From positions 1,291,652 to 1,355,651 of the forward strand of contig RDEW01000009.1 of the NCBI GenBank assembly GCA_011109175.1: a DNA stretch of 64,000 nucleotides, written 5' to 3'. Below the pieces are notes generated by a model. It was not told the origin of the DNA. It saw only the letters and a program-made list of their open reading frames with translations, and searched no databases. Source of the stretch: Dicyema japonicum. Lineage: Eukaryota > Animalia > Dicyemida. Shown here piece after piece: positions 12,901-25,599 of the stretch (position 1 is the first letter of the stretch; the number at the start of each line of letters is the position of its first letter). Position numbers and translations under genes: made by a program.

Positions 12901-14233
12901 ACGATTAGTTATAGTAACTGCTCTTTACTCTAATAAGTTTGTGTCCTGCCTGTGCGGAGCAGTGAAAAGTGCTGTGTTGATAAGGCATTTCCATGTAAAT
13001 CGTAAGAGGGAATGAGTTCTAAATCACTTACTAATTAATTTGACAATTTATCTTTGAACTTATACGCACATTTCAGAATAAAATTAAAATAAACTCAATT
13101 AATGGTATACATTAATATGGTTTTTACGTGGAAGTTTGAGGAATATTTGTCCCCAAAGATGCCAACAGAAATGACTACTTTTCAAATATGGGTGTTGGGT
13201 GACTCTTTCTTCCATTTTGGGTGATGTCTGTTTTTGTTGAATAATAAACTAGCCTTCTCTTGTTGATTAGCAATTGCTTGATCAATCAATTCTCCGTACT
13301 CAAGACATATCTAATATTTATAGATTTATTACTTGGTGGTATATATTCTTTGGGATAGTAGTCTCCGTACCCTCAAAATTGTAAAAGGTCTTATTGGGAT
13401 CGTAATGGTAGTTCTAAAGTAACTCAATACCACTAACTATTTTAATATCAACGATGAAACGCTTTTTTCGGTTTTTATAAGTCATTATCTTTTTTATGTC
13501 TGATCAACTTCCTTAGTTAATTAATACCAACATGACTTTTCAAGCATGAAATGCTACATGCATCGACTTCCCTTGCTTATTGTCGGGAGCGCGGTAGACA
13601 CACTGTATGTCGCGGAAAAAACAATAAGGGCAAAAGAGAAAAATACGAAGCATTACACGACCGATTCACGTTCTATCCTATAATTGTTAAAACAACTAAA
13701 TGAATAAGTGGAAAATCGCTTCGTTTCCTAAAGAAATTTGGATGCCTAGTCTCATTTTTCTAAAAGACGTCGATTATGATTAGGAATCAGGAAAAATGAT
13801 TATTCTGATTTCAAATCTACGAAATAACACAATTTAATACGCTTTAGATCAGTCAGATCTCTCATCAGGTACATTGCTTTGATGGCACTGCAAACCTGGA
13901 AATGTCGCCATACTTTAGTACTTTCCAATAATCTCCCGTTTAATGGAACAGAATCTTCTGCGACACAATGCAGGTACTGGTGCATTGCAAACTGCTGTTA
14001 GACCGGTTCACATTTTGGGCCATCGTAGTTGAAATAACTGGAATAATAAGCGGGAAATCGCTTCGTTTCCTCGGGTGGCTCCTCTAGTTGATCTCCGTTA
14101 CAATCGTGAGGGGCAACGCAACGGCGATTTTTATTAAAATGAAGAACAATTATGATAACTAATCATAGACAGAGAGAACCAAGGAATGCTATTCACTTTT
14201 TTCTTTTTGTTGCGTGTGAGTCCTTTATAGACG

Positions 14234-14304
14234 ATCCGGTTCCGCAGTGAAGTATTGACGGTGTCACTCGTCAATCTAAAGCATCATAAATGCGTGGAAC
14301 CTTC
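14234..14304 (+). repeat. Dispersed ~75-nt potentially structured element, copy 1
   Basis: Aligns with 62749-62828 and contains complementary segments (see findings). Confidence 0.65.
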
Positions 14305-14500
14305 AGTCGGAATTTACAGCAGCGAGATTCGAACCAGGAGCCATCAGCCCCTTTTGCCCGGCACTTGAGATATTGATGGGTTATCTGTCGTGTATTTTAT
14401 TATAATAAATTGAATTTTATAATTTAAAAAAATATTTTTTATTTACTTGAAAACCACGATAATTAAAAATATAAAAATTAATTTCCATAGAGAATTAACA

Positions 14501-16169
14501 ATGGTAGCACGAAATTATTATTCGTTGCTGGGGACTGTTTCTCAGCAAGATGTCGTATTTTGTATCAACTCTTCGTTATCAATGAGTCCACACTTGGATA
14601 CAATCAAGGAATATCTCGCTGATTTTCTCCACGACTCAATGTTTGAAAAGCCAAGGAAACGACTTTCCCTAGCAAAATTCAACTGTCAGTGCAAACTATT
14701 TTCTGACTGCCTCCTAAAATGTAACGAGGAGACAATATCAGACATGCACGTGTGGCTTCGAAACCTAAAGTCACAGTACAAGGCTGATTTAACACATGCG
14801 TTAATCGTTTCTAATCAAGTCAGGGACTGCAGGAACCTTTTCATAATAACGAATAACATTTACCCAAATAATGTGCAAGAACTGTCTCACTACGCCTATT
14901 TGATGAAAAGGAAGGACATAAAGATCCACGTCATTTACATAACAAATCATGATTACGATGATTCAGTGCGCCACGTGCTAGACGAACTTGCAGGAATTAC
15001 TGAAGGGTCAATCAGGACAGTTGATGGGTCACAAACGACGAGTCATAATAGGATTATTTTCCTGGACTACAGAGATTACTCGAGAAAGTCCACAGAAAGA
15101 AAAATTATCGACAGTCATGGTGAATATTATGAGAACAGAGTCAGTGGACGAAATTTAAACAGAAATATCGGAGAGGCACAATTACCGTGGGAAATTCAGT
15201 ACCCATCGTGGAATGCAATGACGTATATGCTCAACACAGTTGTGATTGCTCGCAGAATCGCTAACGGATTGTTTTACAGAGGAATAGTGAAGGAAATTGT
15301 AATAATAAGGATTCAATTTTTAGGCGGACCGGTGGAATTTTATTATAAGCTTTACGGGTCCTGTTTACAGATCAATCGAGTACGAGAAGGTCCCTGTAAA
15401 AGATGTACTATCATACTATGATACTCTACGACTCCCTGTGCGCACTGGAGGGACAGTTCTGGCTCTTCTGAAAACGGAATCTGGGTCTTATGCCCCAGCG
15501 GTGGTAACAGAAGGCAATTTGATTCGACCTAAAGATCGTAGGCAAGTTATTTGAAGTTAATTCAATCTAGATCCCTTCACTGAAGAGCCAGTAAGGGTCA
15601 CTTTTTGGAATGGCATGAGCAAAATAATCGCTTCTGATAAAGTCTTTTGCATCCGACCAGAAATGTACGATCAAATTTGCCACCAAATGGAGCTCCCAAA
15701 ATATGTAACCTTTTTGTAGTCACGTGATAAGGTGAGACGTTTCGAAAAGGATTACTTCGATTACAACAATTCAAGAAAATACTACAGGAGACGGAGTCCT
15801 CGGGACAGTTTATTGGCGCCACGGGAAAGATATGTAGACCACGTGATAGTTAATGAGTGCTTATATGAGGATGAAGAAACATCTAGTTCATCTAGTGAGT
15901 CTGTTTACAACGAGAAGAGAGAGGATTTTCCTAAAAAGGAAGTTAAAGCTAAGAAATCTGTGAAAAGAGAAAAGAAATGTCTGAAATTGTAATTCTTGTT
16001 ATTCAACAGGCCTAAAACCGAAGAAAGACCTCCGTGGAAAAAATATATAAAATCGGAGGGGATACCCCAGTTGCCTCCAAATTACGAAAAAAGTCAGTAT
16101 AAGGATGGAACGTGTTCAGCGCCATTCGAATTTAAGACACATGACTGTATAATAACCATGTTTACTTGA
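14501..16169 (+). CDS. VWA-domain + DUF4537-like protein (VWA3B/C11orf16-like architecture); introns 15299-15323, 15538-15570, 15705-15731, 15989-16009
   Basis: The N-terminus DVVFCINSSLSM...LFIITN...IHVIYI is VWA-like. After splicing, VIARRIANGLFYRGIVKE|ADRWNFII...PVRTGGTVLA...YAPAVV...VRVTFWNG resembles DUF4537, followed by an RPPWK motif. Four GT-AG introns give one continuous frame. Confidence 0.75.
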
Positions 16170-16491
16170 GTGGCATGGAAATCCTCAGCCTTTAAAGTGG
16201 TGGATCATTGCGCTAAAGCTGATAGAACTAATACAGTAAAGGAGGCCCTTAGTTATAATTAATATTCTCTTCGAATAATCTAATTTTAATAGAATAACTC
16301 ACAAATATGAATTTTGATACTAATTGTCACTTTTTCAGAAAATTTTATTAAAAATTCGCAAGCAGTGATTTTTCCGTTTTAAAGTTAGTTCCACTGATCT
16401 CTGTAAAGTAAAAGCCAAGATCATATCACCCGACCTTGTGGTTGACCTCCTTGTATGATCCTTATTGGCAACTATATGATCATGTCAAATA

Positions 16492-16807
16492 TCATTCTAT
16501 ATGTATAGCTTTCGATAGAAGGTATCCGAAGTACGCCAACTTGTGGTCGGGCTTGTCCTCAGAAGGCTGGCTGCCAAGATTACCTAATCAAAGACAAGGG
16601 TCAAATCAAAATACTAATACATTGATCCTGACAAGTTTCAGAGAACCTTCATCCAAGAACAGTGATCAAGAGATCCTTGTCCTGAGGTCGAATCCAGAAC
16701 CCTACATGTACCCAATGCTTCACTTGTTCAGAACTTTGGGTTACAAATGCCCCCTGAGTCCATTACCTCAGCATGGTAGCGAGAATAAATAAGACAAAAA
16801 TTTTCAT
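16492..16807 (-). pseudogene. Disrupted paralog of the putative orphan secreted protein at 59693-60187
   Basis: Same signal-peptide exon MKIFVLFILATML and same 33-nt intron (16734-16766). Exon 2 has an insertion frameshift and a premature TGA. Exon 3 (SNLGSQPSEDKPDHKLAYFGYLLS) stays in frame. Confidence 0.45.
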
Positions 16808-16977
16808 CCACCATTAAGCTAAATAGACATTCTGTTGAATAGAATTACATAACCACTCCAACCTTCCAACATATTAACCACTTGGCTAACGAGTGAATAG
16901 AAAATATTTTTGAAGAAACCCAAAAAAATGAATAATTTTTTTTATAATTAAAGAAAATCAATTGTAATTAATAAGAA

Positions 16978-17200
16978 TGAAGTGATGTCCGCGACGGTAG
17001 GACGTGGGACAAAATTGGAAGAGGGCGGACCTACTTCTCCACCTCTCTCGGAAGCGGAAGCATGTAATGAAGTATTGGAAGATGGATTTGGTCGGCACAA
17101 GCAGATGTTCTCCCTTTGGTTCCTTCCTAGGATTAGTTAGTTATGACTGTTTGTGCTGGGCTTACAATGGTAAGCCTGGGGTTAATAATAATAATAATCA
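16978..17200 (+). mobile_element. 5'-truncated LINE 3' end with (AAT)n tail
   Basis: RTWDKIGRG-like ORF end, short 3' UTR and GGGGTT(AAT)n tail. A close inverted copy lies at 33830-34048. Confidence 0.7.
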
Positions 17201-17362
17201 CCCTCACTGATCCCCTCGTATACCACTTGAGAAAGCAAATCACTAGACAAGACAGCTGTTTCTCCTGGTTCCTCTTCGACATTACCTCCGAGTTCAGAGC
17301 CTCTTGAGATAAGATGATAGTTACTCTTGTAACTTCATCATCATAGTTATCAACTTACAGCC

Positions 17363-18322
17363 CGGTCCCATTCAAAATGGCCTCTTTCAAATGGTCTCCA
17401 TTCAAAACGGCTTCCATTCACAAAAACGGCCTCCCAATAAAATTTCTTAGGTTTTGGATACGTTCATCAATAGACATCACGAGATATTTTAACAAGGTCC
17501 TCGACATCTTTAGGTAAAAGAGTCATTTTTTATATCTTATAAAAATTGATTTTTTCAAGGTCCTCGACATCTTTAGGTAAAAAAGTCATCTTTTTTAAAT
17601 CTTATAAAAATTGATTTTAAGGGGTCCTATGGGTAAGTGGAACAATTTACCAAGGTCCTCAACTAAATTGAAATATATATTCTTTCGGATCAAGTTAAGT
17701 AACATTTGTTTTTTAAACAAATCTCAATGTATTCTCAGATAAAGCGATATATTTAGTTTTTCTAAGAATTTTTTCTCCATTTCGTAATCTTAAGAATTTT
17801 ATCATTATGCTTTTTTCTTTTTATCAATTTCTAACAAAATTTCTTGGATCTTGTTTAGTGTCCAAATGTACTTCTAAAAACGTTGTGCCAGCCTCCAATT
17901 GAGATATGGACCTTGGTAAAATGTTCCACTTACCCATAGGACCCGTTAAAATCAATTTTTATAAGATTTAAAAAAATGACTTTTTTACCTAAAGATGTCG
18001 AGGACCTAAGCAAAATCAATTTTTATAAGATTTAAAAAATGACTTTTTTACCTAAAGATGTCGAGGACCTTGGTAAAATCAATTTTTATAAGATTTAAAA
18101 AAGATGATTTTTACCTAAAGATGTCGAGGACCTTAGCAAAATCAATTTTTATAAGATTTAAAAAAGATGATTTTTACCTAAAGATGTCGAGGACCTTGGT
18201 AAAATCAATTTTTATAAGATTTAAAAAAGCTAAAATCTCGTGATGTTTATTGATGAACTTATCCAAAACCTGAAAAAATTAATTGGAGGCCATTTTGAAA
18301 GAGGCCATTTTGAATGGACACG
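17363..18322. mobile_element. Foldback-type non-autonomous DNA transposon with long TIRs built from 63-bp tandem subrepeats
   Basis: Ends are CGGTCCCATTCAAAATGGCC and GGCCATTTTGAATGGACACG. The left arm has ~2 and the right arm ~4.5 inverted copies of the 63-bp unit around a ~230-bp spacer. Flanks carry a direct repeat TACAGCC(C) at 17356 and 18323. Confidence 0.85.
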
Positions 18323-18669
18323 TACAGCCCATGTCTATGCTCGATTATCATTCTCTAAAGTTTTTTTAATCGTCATTGATTGGATGTACGCCTTCGTAGA
18401 GACATACACGTTGAGTCTTTCCATATAGGACTTGTAGTACTTTGTTGCTACTCCATCCCATGTCAAAACAATCGGAATTATTGTCACCTTGGCCTTGTGA
18501 AATTGTGCTAGTTCTCCTGGCAGAAGTCGTATTTGTGTTTTCCCGCTTCAACATGTTTTAACAAATCTTGGGAAGTGATCCCTTCTTCTATTAGTATTAT
18601 TTCGTTCTTGGATTTATCATGTACAAAAATATCAGGTTTGTTATTTTTAACTTGTATATCGTTTTTGGT

Positions 18670-21400
18670 TGAGCTGGTGACGTGGCTCTAATAAAGTATT
18701 AACATGTCTGAAAAGTACGAACCTTATCTTTTGGAGTAATTCTCGCTGCTCTCATTCAACGCCGAGGCCTAATCTTTTCTTGGAAAAGGACCTCCCTCTG
18801 TCAAGACCTACGTAATTACGATGTCGCAATCGGTTGCCTACAGGAAACCAAAATCCAAGATAACCACAAAGAAACATGTGGTAAATTCAAATTGATCTTT
18901 CTTCCGACTGTCAACAGGCACTATGGACTGGGTTTTGCCATCAAAATGGAATTTCTCCCATATCTACAGAGTATGGGCAGCTAATGACCCCATCGGAGTT
19001 CTACAAATGAAGTTTATGAATGCCAAAGCAAGCTCCATTACTGACATTGTCTCCATTATCAATGTATACGCACCTCACAGTGGTTGGATTAACAAAGATC
19101 CGGCTCTATTTGATGACTTCTACTCAGATTTATCAGATTTATATTTAGAATTGGCCGACTCCGCACTTTTATTTATAGCTGGTGATATGAACGCCAAGGT
19201 GGGAGGAGAACAAATACCGTCGAAACGTTCTTGGGGAGATTCAGCAGGGGAAAAGGAACCTTCCTGGAACGCTGTTAGGAAACTTCTGTCGGTCAAACGA
19301 TTTGTTCTTATGTAATACAGCATTCGCTCACGCTGCAAGACATATGACGACTTGGTGTGGGACAACCAAGAAAAAAAACAGAGAAATAATCAATATTTTA
19401 ACCAGATCGATTATATAATATGTCGATGCAAAGATAAGAGATTATTGACAATTGCGAGATCTTACGGAGGTTCGTCCATTGACACTGACCATAAGATGGT
19501 CATTGGGAAATTTCGAGTAAGCTATTACAAACACTCCAAATATACTACCCACCCAAAAAAATACGCCTACAATAAGACTATTAATTTCTCAGATCACAAA
19601 TAAAGGAGATATACAGAAAACGAATAACCAACAAATTGGAGAATATTAACACGAACCAATCATGTTTAAACCTTAACAAATGTGATGCCTTAAACAAATT
19701 AGAGCACCTGGAGGGGCTAAAGGGTAACAGGGGATACTACGAAGCCTTTAGGCTACTTAAATGTCACAATAAGAAGAGTACCCCTATATTATACGACCAA
19801 AATGGAAGACGAATAATGAACCCATCTGAGATTGCCGAGTTGGTTACTGATCACTTCAGGTCGGGGCTAAATACTACTCAGAATGTGATTTCGGCATTCA
19901 TTTGTGGATCTGGTGAACTGGGAATGAAAATTGCACCTTATGAGGTGAAATTAGCATGTGAAAGGCTGAAACCTGATAAAAGTGCGGGCCCGGATGGACT
20001 ACGTCCTGAACTATTCAACACGGCGGTGACTACTCTACGAAATCATTGCGTTGATCATGAACAAAATGTTTGAAGAACGTGTGTTGTTACCCATTGGAGA
20101 GGGTTATTTGATTCCGGTTCCCAAACCAAATAAGCCGAAAGGAAAAGTAACAAACTTGAGACCGATCATCCTAATGAATGTTATCAGGAAGATCCTGGCT
20201 ATTATCACTCTCGAACGTGTAAGAGAGAATTTGGAAGCCTATCTTTCACCATACCATAGTGGATTCCGCGAGGGGAGATCAACGGCAGACGTCTTATGGA
20301 GCCTAAAATGGAGATGTTCAACCATTCAAAGATTTAGAACATTTTTGGGATCCTTGGGATTGACATATCGAAAGCGTTTGATTCAGTTAACCGTTGTAAA
20401 CTATTGGAATCTATCACGGGTCTATTCGACGCCTCGTCAGTTTCGATGATTAGGGCACTACTGGCTGAAACACAACTAACTGTTAAAATTGGAAATACTC
20501 AAGCCATGCCATTTTCGACAAATACTGGGACTCCACAAGGAGATCCATTGTCTCCTCTCCTCTTTGTTGCATATCTTGAGTCTGCGCTACGGGATCTCAA
20601 GCCTTTTATTGTGGAGGGAACTAGCATCCTAGCTTATGCAGATGATGTGGACTTGTCTCGCAAAATGGGGAGGCCCTATTGGGATTACTCGAGACGGCAC
20701 CAAGAGTATTCGAAAAATGGTCACTAAATATCAACAAAGACAAGACAGAGCTGACAACTTTGATGAGGAAGGAATTCTATTCTGGAAGAGCATTGGCGAA
20801 AGGTTAAAAAGCTGGGATCCCTGCTTGGAGATAAAGAAGACATCATTGCACGGAAGATTAAAGCAAATACGGCCTTATACAACTTGAGAAGAAATTGGTT
20901 TCTAAGAAAGAAGGGCTTGAATCGAGAGATCAGAACTCGACTATACAATTCGTTAGTCAAACCAATACTCCTATATAATGCAAGTTCTTGGTCATTAACC
21001 CTAAATGACATTGAAAAACTAAACTCCTATCATCGGGGACAACTACGGAAGATTCATTCGTGCTGGGACCGTATGAGAACAAGAAGTCAGAACTATACTC
21101 TATTACGTCTTCTAAACCGATTTCACTAGACATCATGGAATTTCGTTGGAGCCTATTTGGACACATCCTACGGGGAAATATCGAAACTCCAGCTAATGTT
21201 GCCATGGAGGAATACTTTCAAACCGAGGAGGTGAAGTTCCGAGGACGTCCGAGAGCATCACTGGCCACGACACTGAATGAAGACCTGAAGAGAATAGGAT
21301 TATCTTTAACTACGGGAGATGACCGGGACTACTTGAGAGATTTGGCTCAGGATCGTGGAAAGTGGAGAAAATTAACTAAAAAATTAATGTTTGGTACTGC
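18670..21400 (+). mobile_element. Near full-length, frameshifted RTE-like LINE (APE + RT)
   Basis: APE motifs GCLQETKI, INVYAPHS, AGDMNAKVG, QIDYI and DTDHK. RT motifs SAGPDGL, LRPIILMN, GFREGRST, GTPQGDPLSPLLF, YADDV and FGHILR...GRPR. Confidence 0.92.
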
Positions 21401-21439
21401 ACTGGTTTTGTCATATCCAATGGCAAGACGTTGTGCTTT

Positions 21440-22020
21440 ATAATAATAATATCCGTTTGTAGTGTTGCATCGACTCGTATTTCAACTTTACTGTTTGACA
21501 AAATCGATTGGACTGTATGCGTCTTTACCCTCTTGGTTCTTTTTATTCCAAATTGACGACCTTGTTGCAGGTGTATATATCTTACAACTTCGTTATGTCG
21601 CCGCATATACGCACCGCTAAGCATCCTGGTACATCGTGTAGCCAGGTGATCACACTCTTTTGTGCCATACCACAATGACTGCAATTTGCTTTCATCTCTT
21701 CAAAGAACAGATTCCGATCCTGTATCATGCAGTACATTGCTTCCGACCTTGGACTATGTTTCCCCCTAGTAAGCCATTCTTTTGATCCACCGACATTCGT
21801 ATTTTCAAAAACACTTAAATATAATTGAATGAAGCAATTTCTGATTAGTCTTCTCCAAATAATTCTTCTTTTGATATTCCTTTATAATGTCAGTGTTCAT
21901 GTTAGATAGGTCATCCACATTGTATTTGAGTGCAATGAATCTCAAGATAGTTGTCATACCCGTAAGATTCCTGCCCTTCGAAAACACATGGAAGATTTCC
22001 TCTCAAGGTCATCAAAAATT
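21440..22020 (-). mobile_element. R4/Dong-like RLE non-LTR C-terminal fragment
   Basis: SKEWLTRG...EAMYCMIQDRNL, a frameshifted CCHC knuckle (CSHC...DHLATRC) and YMRRHNEVVRYIH...EIRVD. Confidence 0.7.
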
Positions 22021-22029
22021 GAAATAAAT

Positions 22030-22730
22030 TGAGGTTAATCTTTCTTTGTTAGCAGGTACAGGTGAGTTATCTTGTAGCACGCTGTGGAGAGGCACATACA
22101 ATTGCCGAAAATCCTATAAAGCCATGTTCAAAAAGATCATCGAGTGTATTTACGATGAACAAATTTTGTCGGTCATCCGTAAATAAAAATAACATTACAT
22201 GCTTTGCCGTTCTGCAAGAGTATCTCGATGAATCAAAATGCGCATTGGATGCAGTACTTCAGGACATCAATTAATTTCCGGATAAATTGGGTTCAAAATC
22301 CATTCAAAGTTAAAGTAATACCAGCAAATCTAACATCAATTGAATATGAACATCTTATTGATTTGACATCGGATCAACGTCAAATCAGACATAAAATGAA
22401 TCCCTTTTAATTTTTTGGAGAGCATGCATTTCAAAATATCCTGATATCTCAGAAAGGCCAGTACACTATTACTTTTCCCAGCAGCTTACTTATGCGAGTA
22501 GGGTTTTCAATATATACATCTACCAAAACTTCCCTGATATGAGGATACAGTTGTCAACAATAACTCCTAGGGTTACATAAATTATGGCATGAAAAGTTAC
22601 CTCAATGTTCACATTATAATTGTTTTTGGTTAATACGATTATGTTTTAAATGAAATTGTAATAATTGAATTGGAAAGGGTTCCGCAAAAAATAAATTAAC
22701 CCAAAAGGGTTCACGAGCGCCTTATTAATT
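22030..22730 (+). mobile_element. Internally deleted hAT (Buster/ZBED5-like) transposase remnant
   Basis: SYLVARCGEAHTIAE, EYEHLIDLTSD, and a C-terminal dimerisation-like region (FW...YPDISE...YLCE.GFS). An aagggttccg subterminal-like sequence lies near 22675. Confidence 0.65.
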
Positions 22731-23222
22731 TCCTTTATTTTTTTATTTTTTTCCAAGGTTCTCTTAAAATTTGCACCAGGCGCATTTCATCACGCTAATT
22801 TAATTAATTAATTTTATAGATATTTTATTTCTCAATTAATACAACTTGTGAATTTCAATGGTTTTTAAATATTCTTAATACTTTTTAATTCGATCTGTGA
22901 ACAGTGACGATTTATCAAACTGGGGATTTATCAGACTGTGACAGACTATTATTAGCAACATAAAATCACATGAGTTATAATTATTTATTTGCTGGACTTA
23001 AATGAACCTGTTCATCAATCGCTTCAGCACTAAGAGTTTCAGGAAAAATTGTATGTGGACGTCCACTTAATTCGTTTAAGATGACGAAATAGTCTTCCAT
23101 GATAACATTAGCTGATGTGATTTTGTACATTTTTGTTATATTAGAAAGAAAAACAAGATAGAAACCAATGTTAAAGCATTAAATAGTTAAAATGATTAAA
23201 TATGTTATATTTACTGTTTAGT

Positions 23223-23293
23223 GCTCCTGTGGCCCAGTGGATAAGGCGTGTGCCTCCTAAGTACAAGATCGCGGGTTCGACTCCCCAGGAGCT
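23223..23293 (+). tRNA. tRNA-Arg(CCT) with a 2-nt-short T-stem 3' strand
   Basis: Acceptor stem GCTCCTG/CAGGAGC, D-arm GCC..GGC, anticodon stem TGTGC/GTACA with loop CT-CCT-AA, T-loop TTCGACT, then a T6 Pol III terminator. Only CCC is available to pair with GCGGG. Confidence 0.8.
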
Positions 23294-24139
23294 TTTTTAT
23301 GGTGAACTGGAAATATGTTGACACACATGACATATTTGCAGAGAGCCAGGAAAGTCTTTTGGTTCTCCAGGCCTTAGAATTGGCGTAATCAGAGGAATTC
23401 TTTCATATATTAAGTAGCATATGGTAGTTGATAGAATAGTTGTACAGTCCATGGTGTTTGAGGTGAATAGTACAAAATACCGTCGGGACCACAATCACGA
23501 GTGGGACATGGCAATTTAATAGCCTTGTCAACATCATGGAGGTGAAGAAGGTGGAATACGGTTCTTGTTGCGGCCCGCGCCGTTCAACATGTGGAGAGCG
23601 AGAAAAATCTTTATGGCTGACACGTAGTACTTCATAAGCTTGTTTGCGAGCGGGTTCCGAAATATGACAGGCAAAGGCTTCAGTTTCGCAGTCTTCCTCA
23701 TTGATCTTTCTTAGCGTTTTCCAAAATATGGCACAAGAGTTTTGTGACATAGTCGTCCAACTAGACGGCTCCATTTGAGTTTGTAGATAATTTTTGAACT
23801 TTATAGAGCAACACAGTGAACAAATAGGCCTTCTACGTCTCAACACAATGGGTTTATGCTCGCTCGAGAAACCATAACGAACATTCCATGAAATACATTC
23901 AGCCATAGAAGGAAAGCAGATAGAGACAGGTCCGGGGATGTTGGACTGTCCTTTCTGCGGGTCGGGGTCCTTGTGTGAGCGTCTGGGTCATTGATGATAG
24001 TCAAATCATTAAGTAAAGAAAGGATGTACTCGCCTCGACTGTCGGCTGATTGTGACCAGAGCCAGAGTGGATGTTTAGCATTTAGGTCACCGCATAATAC
24101 CAGATCTTCAGTTCAAAAAGTTTCAATAAGTTTGGAATT

Positions 24140-25400
24140 ATTATTAATAAGCAACTACATAGAATCATATAAACTATAATTCTATTCGTGCCGCGTCTGA
24201 ACAATCCTCTTAATTAGCCTTTCCCATCCCCTCCTGTCCGATGCCAAGTGCCGCAGACTACTAAGGTCTTCACCGTCCTTTAGTAGTCTGGTTACTGATC
24301 TCAGGTCACCATTAAGGACTTCCGGAAGAGTTATTCTTGGACGACCTCTGAACTTCTCCCCTGACGTATCGAAGTATTCTTCCATGACGACGTTTGCTGG
24401 CGTGTCTTGTTCCAATCTGAGAATATGGCCAAACAATCTCCAGCGAGCCTTCATGATCATGGTGCTCAGAGGTCCGGAACCGCATCTTCTATATAAATTT
24501 TCACTCCCTACACGCATTGGCCACTTTAGTCCCAAGAGAGACCGAAGTTGCCTTCTGTGAAAGGAGTCAAGGTTTTGTTCGTCCGTTTTCGAAATTCCCC
24601 ACGTCCCAGAGTTGTATGTTAGTATGGGCCTCACGAACGCCTCATACAACCTGAGTCGGAGTGATGGCCCGACCGAGCATTTTCTTATCCAACATTTCAT
24701 AAGTTTTTGCATAGTAACCGTAGATAACAATTTTCTTCTTGCAATGTCTTCGGAGTCTCCGAGAAGAGAGCCAAGCTTTACGGTCTTCCTCCAACATTCA
24801 CTATTGCGTAGTTCCATCCGCTTAATTTCAACAATATCCGTTTTCTGAACATTCAGTGATAGACACCATTTGGCCAAACAGCCTGATGCAACCTCCAAGA
24901 GACGTAAGAGTGCTTCTTTGTCAGTCGAGATAAAGTCAACATCATCGGCATACACGATCTCCATAATATCATTGTTGTAATACTTCCGGAGGTCTTGCAG
25001 AGCCGATTCAAGGTATATAGCAAACAATACTGGGGAAAGGGAATCTCCTTGGGGTGTGCCCACTGTTGAAATAATTTCCCGTGACAAACATTTTCCAATA
25101 CGCACTCGTAACCTCGTGTTTGATAAGAGTATCCGTATCAGAATAACCGAGTCCTTATCCAGGAAACTTTCAAGCACTTCAATGAGTTTTCCCCGACGGA
25201 CAGTGTCGAAAGCTCTGGTCAGATCAATTCCAAGGATAGTCTTTGAGCTCCGGAATCTTTGTTGAATAGCACATTGCCATCTATGGCACCATACTACATC
25301 AGCCGTTGATCTCCCTGTCCTAAAACCACTCTGGCTCTGGGCCAAGTACCCGTCCACCGGCTCTTGGATCCGATTAAGAGTAATTAGGGCAAGGATCTTC
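24140..25400 (-). mobile_element. 5'-truncated RTE-like LINE with an open 391-aa RT ORF (24182-25357)
   Basis: GFRTGRSTAD, DLTRAFDTV, GTPQGDSLSPVLF, YADDVDF and RWRLFGHILR...GRPR in one frame, with a short 3' UTR ending in (TAA)n. Confidence 0.92.
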
Positions 25401-25599
25401 CTTAAGGTGTTTTAGAAGGATGGAATATACTTTAAAATAAGAAAGTCAACGAACTCTGAGGTGGAATATAAATATTACAACATGTAAAACGTCTTGAGGG
25501 TGACAAAGGAACTTTGATAGAGATTTGTTCCAGAATAGGGTCTCCTTCGCAAAAGAGAAGATATAAATGAGGTGACATCTGTGAACAAATGACCCTGCC

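Noticed and set aside
17949-18243. CRISPR-like regular array and the repetitive 61-aa ORF at 18058-18243
   Set aside because: These are contiguous 63-bp tandem units with no unique spacers, in a eukaryote with no cas genes. They are part of a foldback TIR, and the ORF is incidental.
10981-22730. One giant hAT element spanning the TIR at 10981 and the remnant at 22030-22730
   Set aside because: No matching TSD or complete right TIR was found, and a host gene lies in between. Independent remnants are simpler.
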